Below, one piece after another: positions 19,837 through 28,555 of a stretch of DNA of 37,983 nucleotides. The number at the start of each line of letters is the position of its first letter. Position 1 is the stretch's first letter. Where the stretch lies: positions 1 through 37,983 of the forward strand of contig JAUWIL010000002.1 in the NCBI GenBank assembly GCA_030605385.1, in the 5' to 3' direction. Position numbers and translations under genes: made by a program. Below the pieces are notes generated by a model that was not told the origin of the DNA, searched no databases, and was given only the letters and a program-made list of their open reading frames with translations. The DNA is from Methanobacteriota archaeon. Lineage in GTDB: Archaea; Halobacteriota; Syntropharchaeia; JAUWIL01.

Positions 19837-20604
19837 TCATACCCTCATATTTTCAAGTATTTTTTTAACTGCCTCGACACTTTGATTATCGTCTGGCAGT
19901 TCAAGCAGAGATTTGCCGCTGAAGTCATATTCTCGGACTGTTTCATCTTCGGGTATCCATCCGAGAAAGTCTATAGAAACACCATCCATTGCCTGTTTTG
20001 CCTCTTTCTCGCTTCTGGCTTTGTTTACCACAGCTCCAATTCTACTGTAGTTCACTGCATTCCCCTCCTTTGCTACATGGAGTATTGTGGACATCGTGTT
20101 GACACCCTTTACAGAAGTATCTGATACTATCACAAGATCGTCAACGTCCATCATGACTCTCCTGTTTATCTGCTCTATGCCTGCCTCTCCATCTATCAGC
20201 GTAAGGTCAAAGCTCTTCGACAGAAGCTTTATAGCATCTTTGAGAAGGTCGTTTACCCGGCAGTAGCATCCCTCATCTTCTGGCCTCCCGATAGACAGTA
20301 CAGCTAGACCGGGGTACTCTGCCAGAGCATCCAGAATCTCGTAGTCGAGCATGGAGGATATCTCAAGTTTATCTCCGCCTTTACTCTCTTTGATGCTCTT
20401 GATTATTTTAAGCCGTATGTCGTTAATCGTCTTCTCGACCTTAACGCCTAGTGTCGGCACAAGACCGGAAGCCGGGTCGGCATCTATCACGAGGATTTTC
20501 ATATCGCCTCTGCTTGACAGCAGTTTGGTCATTATCGCCGTAAAGACGGTTTTCCCAACGCCACCTTTTCCGCATACTGCTATGGTCCTGCCTTTACCAC
20601 TCAT
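19837..20604 (-). CDS. CooC/AcsF-type (MinD/ParA-fold) metallocentre-maturation ATPase
   Basis: Deviant Walker A AVCGKGGVGKT, CxC motif in GRPEDEGCYCRVN, and DGEAGIEQINR. ATGA overlap with the upstream gene. Confidence 0.8.
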   Translation of the reverse strand: MSGKGRTIAVCGKGGVGKTVFTAIMTKLLSSRGDMKILVIDADPASGLVPTLGVKVEKTINDIRLKIIKSIKESKGGDKLEISSMLDYEILDALAEYPGLAVLSIGRPEDEGCYCRVNDLLKDAIKLLSKSFDLTLIDGEAGIEQINRRVMMDVDDLVIVSDTSVKGVNTMSTILHVAKEGNAVNYSRIGAVVNKARSEKEAKQAMDGVSIDFLGWIPEDETVREYDFSGKSLLELPDDNQSVEAVKKILENMRV

Positions 20605-21326
20605 TTTTCGCTCCTCAGCTTCTGCAGCCTTTCTCTAATCTTTCTCAGCTCCTGAACATCGTAACAGACATCGTTATATTCACAGGTATCACAGTCGAGA
20701 GACATCTCCTCCACCATCTTGTTCATCGCATCAAATATCCTTTGAACCCTGGTTGATATGTCATTAAGCTCTTTTACATCTTCTTTGCTTGATGTTACGA
20801 AAATGACCTCTGCACCATCGACATACTCCATCTCCCTGGATTTTTCTATCAGGTATCTGCCAAGAATCTTGAGTGAAAAGCCCTTTTCCAAAGCGTCTTT
20901 GCTGATTCTGCTCCATATCTGCTGGCGCTGCGGGATAATCCTGATCATGTATCCATGAAGATTTGTATTATACTGTGCGCTCCTTAACTCCCTGTATCTT
21001 TCATATTCATCCTCAAAACGACCCCTGAAGATTAAAATCTGAGCGAATGGTATGCTCTCACATTTACACTCCGTTAAGTCGGGGCCTATGATAGTTATTC
21101 TTCCATCTCTGACATCACCATTTTCTGTCCAAACAAAAAAGCACTTGGATGCATTTCCTGGATTGCCGAGTTCAACTCCGACATCGTCTTTCAATATTAT
21201 CTCTGAGGCACCTTTTTGCGGCCAATCCTCATGATGGAAATTTACTATCTTCCTTACTTTACCCTTATCATTCTTTTTCTGTATATATGCTTTAAGCTCT
21301 TTAATCTCTTTGTCAAACAGACCCAT
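20601..21326 (-). CDS. CdhC/ACS N-terminal-domain-only protein (acetyl-CoA synthase beta-subunit-like, lacks the A-cluster domain)
   Basis: VELGNPGNAS...DGRITIIGPDL...IWSRISKDALEKGFSLKILGRYLIEK...EVIFVTSSKEDVKEL...LDCDTCEYNDVC parallels my recollection of CdhC/AcsB (VELGGP...VTIIGPDL...WMRVSKD...FYTDKDEV...FYGCTLCQSFAPTNVC). The protein ends before the SCGCFE Ni site. Confidence 0.6.
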   Translation of the reverse strand: MGLFDKEIKELKAYIQKKNDKGKVRKIVNFHHEDWPQKGASEIILKDDVGVELGNPGNASKCFFVWTENGDVRDGRITIIGPDLTECKCESIPFAQILIFRGRFEDEYERYRELRSAQYNTNLHGYMIRIIPQRQQIWSRISKDALEKGFSLKILGRYLIEKSREMEYVDGAEVIFVTSSKEDVKELNDISTRVQRIFDAMNKMVEEMSLDCDTCEYNDVCYDVQELRKIRERLQKLRSEK

Positions 21327-21342
21327 GAAATTTCAACTTCGC

Positions 21343-22116
21343 CTAAGCTTTTTCTCCACCCAACAGTGCGGCTCCGATTGCTCCGGCAAACTGAGGGTCT
21401 TCAGGGAACTCTACAAAATCCCAACCGAGGTTTTTGCATATTAACTGGACCATGCAGTTAATTTTGCCCACCCCTCCGGTTATTGTGAAAGCTTCTCCAG
21501 TACCTATTCCCCTCGCCTGAGATGTGATAGTCTTTGCAACACCCTTGCAGACTCCAGCCATGATGTCAGCCACACTCTTACCTTCGTTCACATGGGTTAT
21601 GACTTCACTCTCTGCAAAAACGGCGCATTGCGAGCTGATATCCACGGGTTTCTTCGCTTCCCCGGCAGCTTTATCGACTCCACCGACATCCAGCTCAAGA
21701 GCTTTGGCAGCTATTTCGAGGAACCTGCCCGATCCTGCGGCACATTTATCATTTGTCGCAAAATCGATTATTTCTCCATCACCACCTAGGAGAATTGACC
21801 TTACACTCTGACCCCCAATGTTGATTATGAATCTGGCATCAGGAGTTAGGCTGCTGGCTGCCCTGGCAATGCACTGTGTTTCATCTTCCTTTTTGCTGGA
21901 CATGGGCACTCTATCCTTTCCCTGACCGGTGCTGACGCACGAGTCAATCTCATTTTGGGAGATGCCGGTATCAGAAAGCATTGAGTTAACCAATTCTCCA
22001 ATGTCCTTCTCCATTTCCCCTGTAGTTCCCGTTACCTTCTTTGATAATATCTCTCCATCCTTCATCAGAACAGCCTTTGAGAATATGCTGCCCACATCGC
22101 AACCCAAAGTAATCAT
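21343..22116 (-). CDS. BcrAD/BadFG-type ATPase (BzdP/Q, BcrA/D, HgdC-like)
   Basis: ITLGCDVGSIFSKAV phosphate-1 motif; cluster-bridging Cys contexts TNDKCAAGSGRFLE and SQCAVFAESEVI. ATG at 22116 after GAGGG is preferred over GTG at 22131. Confidence 0.85.
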   Translation of the reverse strand: MITLGCDVGSIFSKAVLMKDGEILSKKVTGTTGEMEKDIGELVNSMLSDTGISQNEIDSCVSTGQGKDRVPMSSKKEDETQCIARAASSLTPDARFIINIGGQSVRSILLGGDGEIIDFATNDKCAAGSGRFLEIAAKALELDVGGVDKAAGEAKKPVDISSQCAVFAESEVITHVNEGKSVADIMAGVCKGVAKTITSQARGIGTGEAFTITGGVGKINCMVQLICKNLGWDFVEFPEDPQFAGAIGAALLGGEKA

Positions 22117-22127
22117 TTCTAACCCTC

Positions 22128-22916
22128 TCACTTTTTCAATTCTTCCTCGGCAAATAGTGCCGCCCCTAGAGCACCAATAATCTGAGGGTCCACTGGCGGC
22201 GCTCTAACAGTGACTCCAAGCATTCTTTCCAGCTCGTTTTTGACTCCGACATTCTTTGCAACGCCCCCGGTCATTACAACCTCTTTTTCTATTCCGACCT
22301 GCCTTGCAAGAGCATTAACCCTCTCAGCCATTGCCATGTTCACCCCGGCGGCAATGTCAGCTTTATTTTTACCCGTCTGAAGGTAATGCAAAACCTCGGT
22401 TTCACTGTAGATGCTGCACCTGTTCGTAATTTTGATCGGGTTTCTGCTGCTTAATGATACGGGTCCAAGTTCGTCCAATTTCAGATCCAACACGTCGCAC
22501 ATCACCTCCAAAAATCTCCCTGTTCCGCCGGCACACTTGTCATTCATGATAAAATCAGCGAGTTCGCCCTTATCGTTAACTCTTATGACCTTACAATCCT
22601 GTCCGCCAACATCTATCACTGTTCTGACATCAGGTAGAACCCATTGAGCTCCCCTTCCATGGCAGGAAATCTCACTCACATTCATTTTTGAGAATCCTTC
22701 AGCTTGAATCTTATCTCTCCCATAGCCGGTGCTTACGCAGAAGTCTATGTCTTTGAATGTGAGTCCGTTCTCTGAAAAGACAGCTTCAGTCACCGCTTTT
22801 GCGGATTCCAGGGAGCTTGGTTTAACTCTTATACTCTTGTACGCCTTGATGGATCCACTCTCGACTATAACTGCCTGAGCGCTAAGTGAGCCGATATCGA
22901 TACCAGCTGTTAACAT
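22128..22916 (-). CDS. BcrAD/BadFG-type ATPase, second distinct paralog
   Basis: LTAGIDIGSLSAQAV; MNDKCAGGTGRFLE and NRCSIYSETEVL. The SD GGAGG lies upstream. Confidence 0.85.
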   Translation of the reverse strand: MLTAGIDIGSLSAQAVIVESGSIKAYKSIRVKPSSLESAKAVTEAVFSENGLTFKDIDFCVSTGYGRDKIQAEGFSKMNVSEISCHGRGAQWVLPDVRTVIDVGGQDCKVIRVNDKGELADFIMNDKCAGGTGRFLEVMCDVLDLKLDELGPVSLSSRNPIKITNRCSIYSETEVLHYLQTGKNKADIAAGVNMAMAERVNALARQVGIEKEVVMTGGVAKNVGVKNELERMLGVTVRAPPVDPQIIGALGAALFAEEELKK

Positions 22917-22960
22917 ATTCTTCCTCCATTTACAAAAGATCGGGATGAACCTATTTTCGA

Positions 22961-24319
22961 CTATTTATTCTCAACAACCGTCTTAACAAAGTTTTCTATT
23001 TCATCTTGTAGTGTAGTGACCGGAGTCATTCTCTTATCCCAGGAGTCTGCCTGGAGCCTGAGCATTGGAGTTCCGGTTCGTTTTCGTATTTCGTCTCTAA
23101 CTATCCTGAAAACACCCCATGTTTGCTTGCATGCAGGATGTCCGCAGAATATGCAGCAATCTGCACCAAGTTCATTTATTTCCCACACCAGGTCATCCAC
23201 CCATACCGAAAAGTCTGCTCCAACCTGCCGCGTCATCGGGTAGTTCCACGTACTTTCGGCTGCACCGTCAATCATCGTCTCCTTGTCCGAGGTATCCACA
23301 TGATTTGGGAAAAAGAATCCAAGTATGTCGTTGAGATATGTTATGCCGTTTTCCTCCATCCAGTTGAACAGTCCACCTATGTCAAAGTAATGACCGGTAT
23401 ATATCCATAGAGCTCTGGCTCTTTCCTCAGGTGCCGGATAGTCCCCCCTTCTTTTCCTCTCCTCTGCCACCTGTACCATCATTTTCACCATGTCAATACT
23501 TTCTTTCGTACCCCACATTGTGTATTTGGTGGCATACATAAAAAATGCAAAGACGTTGGGTACGGGACAGGGCACGACCTTCCTCAGATCGTTCAACTCG
23601 TAAAAGTACTCTGCAGCAGTGTTTGCATTCTTCATGACTTCTCTGAGCCGCCCTTCATCCAGCTCCTCACCTACAAAGCCTTCAAGGTCTCGAACAAAGT
23701 CTCTAAAGTTGTTCTTGTATGCTTCAAAGGACCTTTTTGTATTATCCGCAGGTTTCGCGGTAAAGAATGTAGGCACCTCAAGATACTCAGCCAGAAATTC
23801 ATATAATTTGGAATTATTGTCACATGACCCGGGTGAAGCCGAGATTATCGCATCAGGTGTTACATCCATACCGCTTAACAGAGATCCTGCCAGACCAACA
23901 CCTGATGTGCAGAGCGAATCGGGAAGTCCCATTTCACGCGTGATATCAATATATCTTTCTATCTGACCATCCAACACCATAACTCCTAATGTATTCATAA
24001 TCTCCTCGCACATAGGTACTGCGCCTTCAAATGCATAGAGGAGCTCAGGGGGAAAATTAAACGGGTGCAGTATGATTTTTTTACCATCGTCGTGTGCACT
24101 CTCGATCATTGACAGATAGCCACTTAGCGCCCTTGAAATGCGTACAGTTGCATCTGCAGACCTCGGCGCCAGAAGCGCCCCCAAAATGCTTTTCAACTGA
24201 GGAGGTAAAATTCTGATTATCCCGTCCACCTCTTCCTGGCTCAAGCCGTATTGAATGTTTGCCGCCATTCCAAATATCGGAGCCGATCTCTCTAGTATGC
24301 CTTTATTAACAACCACCAT
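22961..24319 (-). CDS. BzdO/BcrB-like subunit of the benzoyl-CoA reductase / 2-hydroxyacyl-CoA dehydratase family (duplicate copy)
   Basis: 452 aa, collinear with the 24476..25864 product (for example ILHPFNFPPELLYAFEGAVPM, GSCDNNSKL, CIFCGHPACKQTWGVFRIVRDEIRK). The two 3' ends share a 42-nt identical stretch. Confidence 0.8.
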   Translation of the reverse strand: MVVVNKGILERSAPIFGMAANIQYGLSQEEVDGIIRILPPQLKSILGALLAPRSADATVRISRALSGYLSMIESAHDDGKKIILHPFNFPPELLYAFEGAVPMCEEIMNTLGVMVLDGQIERYIDITREMGLPDSLCTSGVGLAGSLLSGMDVTPDAIISASPGSCDNNSKLYEFLAEYLEVPTFFTAKPADNTKRSFEAYKNNFRDFVRDLEGFVGEELDEGRLREVMKNANTAAEYFYELNDLRKVVPCPVPNVFAFFMYATKYTMWGTKESIDMVKMMVQVAEERKRRGDYPAPEERARALWIYTGHYFDIGGLFNWMEENGITYLNDILGFFFPNHVDTSDKETMIDGAAESTWNYPMTRQVGADFSVWVDDLVWEINELGADCCIFCGHPACKQTWGVFRIVRDEIRKRTGTPMLRLQADSWDKRMTPVTTLQDEIENFVKTVVENK

Positions 24320-24475
24320 CGCTTTTTACCTCATCTATATAAATCTCCCGGCTCTACAGGTGCACTTGCCGTTTATCATGAGTCTGCCCATTGTTAAAAC
24401 TGCCTGAGTACCTGAGTACCAGATGAGCCGACATCAATACCGCCTAGTAACTACCTTCACGCTCAGAGTACCAAA
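24320..24475 (-). pseudogene. fossil 5' fragment of a BcrAD/BadFG ATPase gene in the spacer between the two BzdO-like paralogs
   Basis: The minus strand reads GGCGGTATTGATGTCGGCTCATCTGGTACTCAG(GTACTCAG)GCAGTTTTAACAATGGGC... = GGIDVGSSGTQ(+8-nt duplication at 24404-24419)AVLTMGRLMINGK. Compare AGIDIGSLSAQAVIVESGSI at the start of the intact ATPase gene (22916). There is no start codon and the frame is broken by the duplication. Confidence 0.6.
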
Positions 24476-25864
24476 TCACGAAGAAGTTGCCCTCGGCTTC
24501 CTCGGCTTTTTACTCTCAACAACCGTCTTAACAAAGTTTTCTATTTCATCTTGTACTGTAGTAATTGGAGTCATCCTCTTATCCCAGGCATCTGCCTGAA
24601 GTCTAAGTGTTGGATTGCCGGTTTGCTTTCTTATCTCGTCTCTAACTATCCTGAATACGCCCCATGTTTGCTTGCATGCAGGGTGTCCGCAGAATATAGC
24701 ACAGTCTGCATGCAGTTCGTTTATTGCAGTTACTGAGTCATCCACCCATGCCGTAAAGTCTGCCCCAACCTGCCGTGTCATTGGATAGTTCCATACAGTT
24801 CCGGCTGCAGCATCGATCATCGACTCCTTATCAGAGGTATCCACAGGCATTGGGAAGAAGAATCCGAGTAGGTCATTGAGATATGTTATGCCGTGTTCTT
24901 CCATCCAGTTGAACAGCCCATATATGTCATAGTAATAGCCAGTATATATCCATAGAGTCCTTGCCCTCTCTTCTGGTGCCGGATAGTATCCATTCTGTCT
25001 TCTCTTCTCTGATACCTCCACCATCCGTCTCATTGCATCGATGCCCCCATCCGTACCCCACAGTGTATATCTGGTACCATACGTAAGAAATGAGAACGCA
25101 TTGGGCACTGGACAGGGTATGGCGCTCCTCAGCTCATTCAGTTCGTAGAAGTACTCTGTAGCCATATTTGACTTCTTCATGACGTCTCTGAGCCGTTCTT
25201 CATCCAGCTCCTCACCTACAAAGTCTTCAAGATTCGAAACAAACTCCCTGAAGTTGTTCTTGTATGCTTCAAAGGATCGTTCTGTATTATCTGCAGGTTT
25301 CTCAACATGGAATATGGGCACCTCCATGTATTCGGCTGCAAATTCATGCAGCTTTGCATTGTTGTCACAAGACCCGGGTGCAGCCGAGATTATTGCATCA
25401 GGCGGCACATCCAGACCGCTCAGCAGAGACCCTATCAGACCAATACCGGATGTGCAGAGCGAATCGGGAAGCCCTATTTCACGCGTGATATCAATATATC
25501 TTTCTATCTGCCCATCCAATGCCATAACCCCCATGGTGTTTAGAAGCTCTGTGGCCAATGGTACCGCTCCCTCAAATGAATAGATAAGGTCTGGTGGAAA
25601 ATTGAATGGGTGCAGTATAACTTTCTTACCATCATCATGCGCTGCCTTAACCGTAGATATATACTTCTGCAGCCCTTTTATAACACATATAAATGCGTCT
25701 CTTGTTCTCGGCACCATGAGTGCGCCTAAACTGCTTTTCATCTGAGGCGGTAAAATTCTGATCAGTCCATCTACCTCTTCCTGGCTCATGCCGTATTTGA
25801 TGCGCGGCCCCATGCCAAATATTGGATCCAGCCTTTTTATTATACCATCTCTAACAACTACCAT
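24476..25864 (-). CDS. BzdO/BcrB-like subunit of the benzoyl-CoA reductase / 2-hydroxyacyl-CoA dehydratase family
   Basis: 462 aa, paralog of 22961..24319, with an extra basic tail KKPRKPRATSS. Confidence 0.8.
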   Translation of the reverse strand: MVVVRDGIIKRLDPIFGMGPRIKYGMSQEEVDGLIRILPPQMKSSLGALMVPRTRDAFICVIKGLQKYISTVKAAHDDGKKVILHPFNFPPDLIYSFEGAVPLATELLNTMGVMALDGQIERYIDITREIGLPDSLCTSGIGLIGSLLSGLDVPPDAIISAAPGSCDNNAKLHEFAAEYMEVPIFHVEKPADNTERSFEAYKNNFREFVSNLEDFVGEELDEERLRDVMKKSNMATEYFYELNELRSAIPCPVPNAFSFLTYGTRYTLWGTDGGIDAMRRMVEVSEKRRQNGYYPAPEERARTLWIYTGYYYDIYGLFNWMEEHGITYLNDLLGFFFPMPVDTSDKESMIDAAAGTVWNYPMTRQVGADFTAWVDDSVTAINELHADCAIFCGHPACKQTWGVFRIVRDEIRKQTGNPTLRLQADAWDKRMTPITTVQDEIENFVKTVVESKKPRKPRATSS

Positions 25865-25870
25865 CAGGGC

Positions 25871-27055
25871 TCACCTCCCGGTTCTCTCCAGAAATGCCTG
25901 AATTCGTGTTCGCAGCCTGCCTATGTCAGACCTGGCACCATACTCCAACTCCAGCAGCAGTACCGGGATGCCAGCCTTCTCAAGATCAATTCTCAGCTTT
26001 GTATTGTCAACTCCGTGAAGATCGCAGAATTTGATGTGCTCAAGAATAACGCCGTCAACGTTCGCTCTCTCAGCTGCACTTTTTATGAAATCTATCCTTT
26101 TTGAGTATTCCCCGAACATCCTTGGACAGGTAAGCCTGTTCAAGTACTTCCTTGCCAATGCATCCATGGGATCCTGTTTTACACTTGCATTATAATCCTC
26201 CTTATAGACCCTGTTCAAGTAATCACCAGCCAATGCATCCGCATCATCTGGAGCATCCCAGAAGGCTCTTGCCCCGAAGCACAGGGAATCTGTGACTATC
26301 AGACCGCCAACGTCTTCCATTGCTCTTACGAGCTCGACATCATCCAATGCGCTGCCGCCAAGCATTAGCCGCGCCCTGTAGCCAGAGATTTTGTTATTCT
26401 CCCTCTCTTTGAGCAAGTCAGATAGGAATCCAAGGTATTTGTTGGGAGGGATGGAGGACTCAGCTATTATCACGCTCATAGCCTCTGCCCCGGTCAGGGC
26501 TGGCTTATCCCGCTCTCGCAGTTCATATAACTTTCGGAGTTTTCCCCCAACCTTATTGTAGACACCAATAGATTCTCTCAGCCTGTCATCGGTTATGCTC
26601 ACGCCAAAGTGGCTTTCTATCTTTTCTTTCAAGATATTCAGATCGTCTATGAAAAAGCTGATAAAGTTCTCTGTGACGATGTGCGGAACCATCAGGGGGT
26701 GGGCAAGGGGTGGTTTCTTGATGTATCTCCAGTTCTCAAACATTCTTCTCATATGGTCACACCCATTGGGCATGACTATTCCGTCCAGGAAGTCGTATTC
26801 ACTGCCCAGTCCAAGCTCAAGGCATGAGCGGCAGAAACTGCAGTTGAACCTTGAAAGGTATGCATCAGCCGTCGTTGTCTCGCCGCTGCCCAATGCTCTT
26901 ACCCTGAATGGCAGCAGGCCAGCAGCATAAAGCAGTTCCTTGGGAACCGAGGCGCACGAGTAACCTATAACCTTTTTGCCCTGCTCTTTCCATTCCTTTA
27001 CATACTTATTCTCAATACTTCCGGATATTTCAATCAGATCGTCCATTGATGACAT
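25871..27055 (-). CDS. BzdN/BcrC-like subunit of the benzoyl-CoA reductase / 2-hydroxyacyl-CoA dehydratase family
   Basis: 394 aa. KVIGYSCASVPKELLYAAGLLPFRV is the typical N-terminus of HgdA/BcrC/BadD-type subunits. The SD GGTGGAG lies upstream. Confidence 0.8.
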   Translation of the reverse strand: MSSMDDLIEISGSIENKYVKEWKEQGKKVIGYSCASVPKELLYAAGLLPFRVRALGSGETTTADAYLSRFNCSFCRSCLELGLGSEYDFLDGIVMPNGCDHMRRMFENWRYIKKPPLAHPLMVPHIVTENFISFFIDDLNILKEKIESHFGVSITDDRLRESIGVYNKVGGKLRKLYELRERDKPALTGAEAMSVIIAESSIPPNKYLGFLSDLLKERENNKISGYRARLMLGGSALDDVELVRAMEDVGGLIVTDSLCFGARAFWDAPDDADALAGDYLNRVYKEDYNASVKQDPMDALARKYLNRLTCPRMFGEYSKRIDFIKSAAERANVDGVILEHIKFCDLHGVDNTKLRIDLEKAGIPVLLLELEYGARSDIGRLRTRIQAFLERTGR

Positions 27056-27071
27056 GCGCTACCATCTCCAC

Positions 27072-28541
27072 CTATTTCTCCTTCGAAATCTTTACCACCG
27101 AATCTATGAACCCTGAAACCATAGGGAGAACTAAGTTGGCTGTAAAATCAGGATGCTGTCTAAGCACTATCTGAATTTTCTCTGAGAAGGAGTTTACAAG
27201 GCTGTCAACCTTTGATTGCTCGTTCTTTGACATCTCTGACATCGAATCCATAAACCATGAAACGAAGGGCATGGATAGCTTGACCGTAAATTCTGCAAAC
27301 TCTGGATTACCCTCAAGAGCCTTTACCACCTGTCCCGAGAAGCTGTCTGCTGCCTTGTTAAGCTCCTTGACGTCAACGGCAGAGATAGTATCCGATAAGA
27401 GCTTTGACAGGATTTCAGGATCCTTCTCGTGCAATCTGTTTGTGAACTGAACAAGCGAGTTTATTAGTTTACCAACCTCTCCCGTATCAATACCTCCAGC
27501 AGCATCAGAAATGGCGTCCCGGATCTCGGGTGGAAGTTCGGCAAATTTCGATGTCGTCGCCTCCATGCCTCTGACAGCCGAGTTTATGATTGGAGGTGCG
27601 ATCGAAATCGCAGACATAATGAAGGCAGGATTTCTCCACGCCGCATCATTTACCGAGTTTATTATTGCCTCTGAATCATCTGAAAGGGCCACGACTGCTT
27701 TACCCAGAGCTTCATGGTCTATGGCAGAAAGGGTTTCTGACAGAAATTCCGAGAGAACTCCCTGGAACCTTGGTGCCGCATCTCCCAGGACGATGTTTCC
27801 TTCATGCAGCAGGTTCATAACATGTGCGGTGGAATTTATCAGCCCCCCAACCTCTTTGGTATCCGTCTCCTCCATTATGCTGAATAACGCACTTGCAAGT
27901 ACCTCTGGCGGAAGTGTATTGAACCGGGATATGGTCACCTCCGAGCTTCGCACAGCCACGTTTATAAGTGAAGGGAGTGCTGCAGCGATGTTTGCAACAA
28001 TGGCGAGATTCGACCATACTGCATCGTTTATTGATTCCACGGTGGCAACCATATCATCCGAAGAGCCTTCAACGGCTTCACGGAGAATCCCAAAATCAAT
28101 TGCCGAGATAACATCAGATATGAGTTTTGATGCATGCGGCTGGATGAACGTTGGATAGTCCTGGTGCACCGTGTTTATAAGCCTAGCGTATGTGTTTACT
28201 GCTTCACCCATCTCTTTTCCATCAATGTCTTTTACAACTCCCGAAATCAGCCCATCAACAGTCTTAGGTGTGAAGGTTTGAAGTGCTTGACCAAACTCTT
28301 CTAAAGCTGATGCAGTTGCATTTATACATAGTGGGACAGCTCCGATGGCTGTAGCCGTGAAGTCGAGATCTTCCCAGATAAGAGTTTTAATCAGCTGTGA
28401 CGCCGATTTTGGGTCCATGTAGTTTATCGCTATATCCAGCATGCTTCTAATCATTGGTGTCCTTATCAGCTCTCGTGCGATTCTGCTCGTCAGGTCGACC
28501 ACGCCTTTTTCCATTTCTGTGGTTTTTTCAGGTTCACCCAT
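27072..28541 (-). CDS. 489-aa all-alpha protein with about 4 internal repeats of roughly 115-120 aa, unknown function
   Basis: There is a strong SD (GGAGGGGTGA). Repeats are visible by eye, for example SAIDFGILREAVEGSSDDMVATVESINDAVWSNLAIVANIAAALPSLINVAVRSSEVTISRFNTLPPEV versus SAIDHEALGKAVVALSDDSEAIINSVNDAAWRNPAFIMSAISIAPPIINSAVRGMEATTSKFAELPPEI. Confidence 0.6.
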   Translation of the reverse strand: MGEPEKTTEMEKGVVDLTSRIARELIRTPMIRSMLDIAINYMDPKSASQLIKTLIWEDLDFTATAIGAVPLCINATASALEEFGQALQTFTPKTVDGLISGVVKDIDGKEMGEAVNTYARLINTVHQDYPTFIQPHASKLISDVISAIDFGILREAVEGSSDDMVATVESINDAVWSNLAIVANIAAALPSLINVAVRSSEVTISRFNTLPPEVLASALFSIMEETDTKEVGGLINSTAHVMNLLHEGNIVLGDAAPRFQGVLSEFLSETLSAIDHEALGKAVVALSDDSEAIINSVNDAAWRNPAFIMSAISIAPPIINSAVRGMEATTSKFAELPPEIRDAISDAAGGIDTGEVGKLINSLVQFTNRLHEKDPEILSKLLSDTISAVDVKELNKAADSFSGQVVKALEGNPEFAEFTVKLSMPFVSWFMDSMSEMSKNEQSKVDSLVNSFSEKIQIVLRQHPDFTANLVLPMVSGFIDSVVKISKEK

Positions 28542-28555
28542 CTTTCACCCCTCCT

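Noticed and set aside
27511-28158. 215-aa plus-strand ORF antisense to the repeat protein
   Set aside because: It is a Ser/Ala-rich shadow ORF. The minus-strand gene has a strong SD, fits tightly into the operon and shows clear internal repeats.
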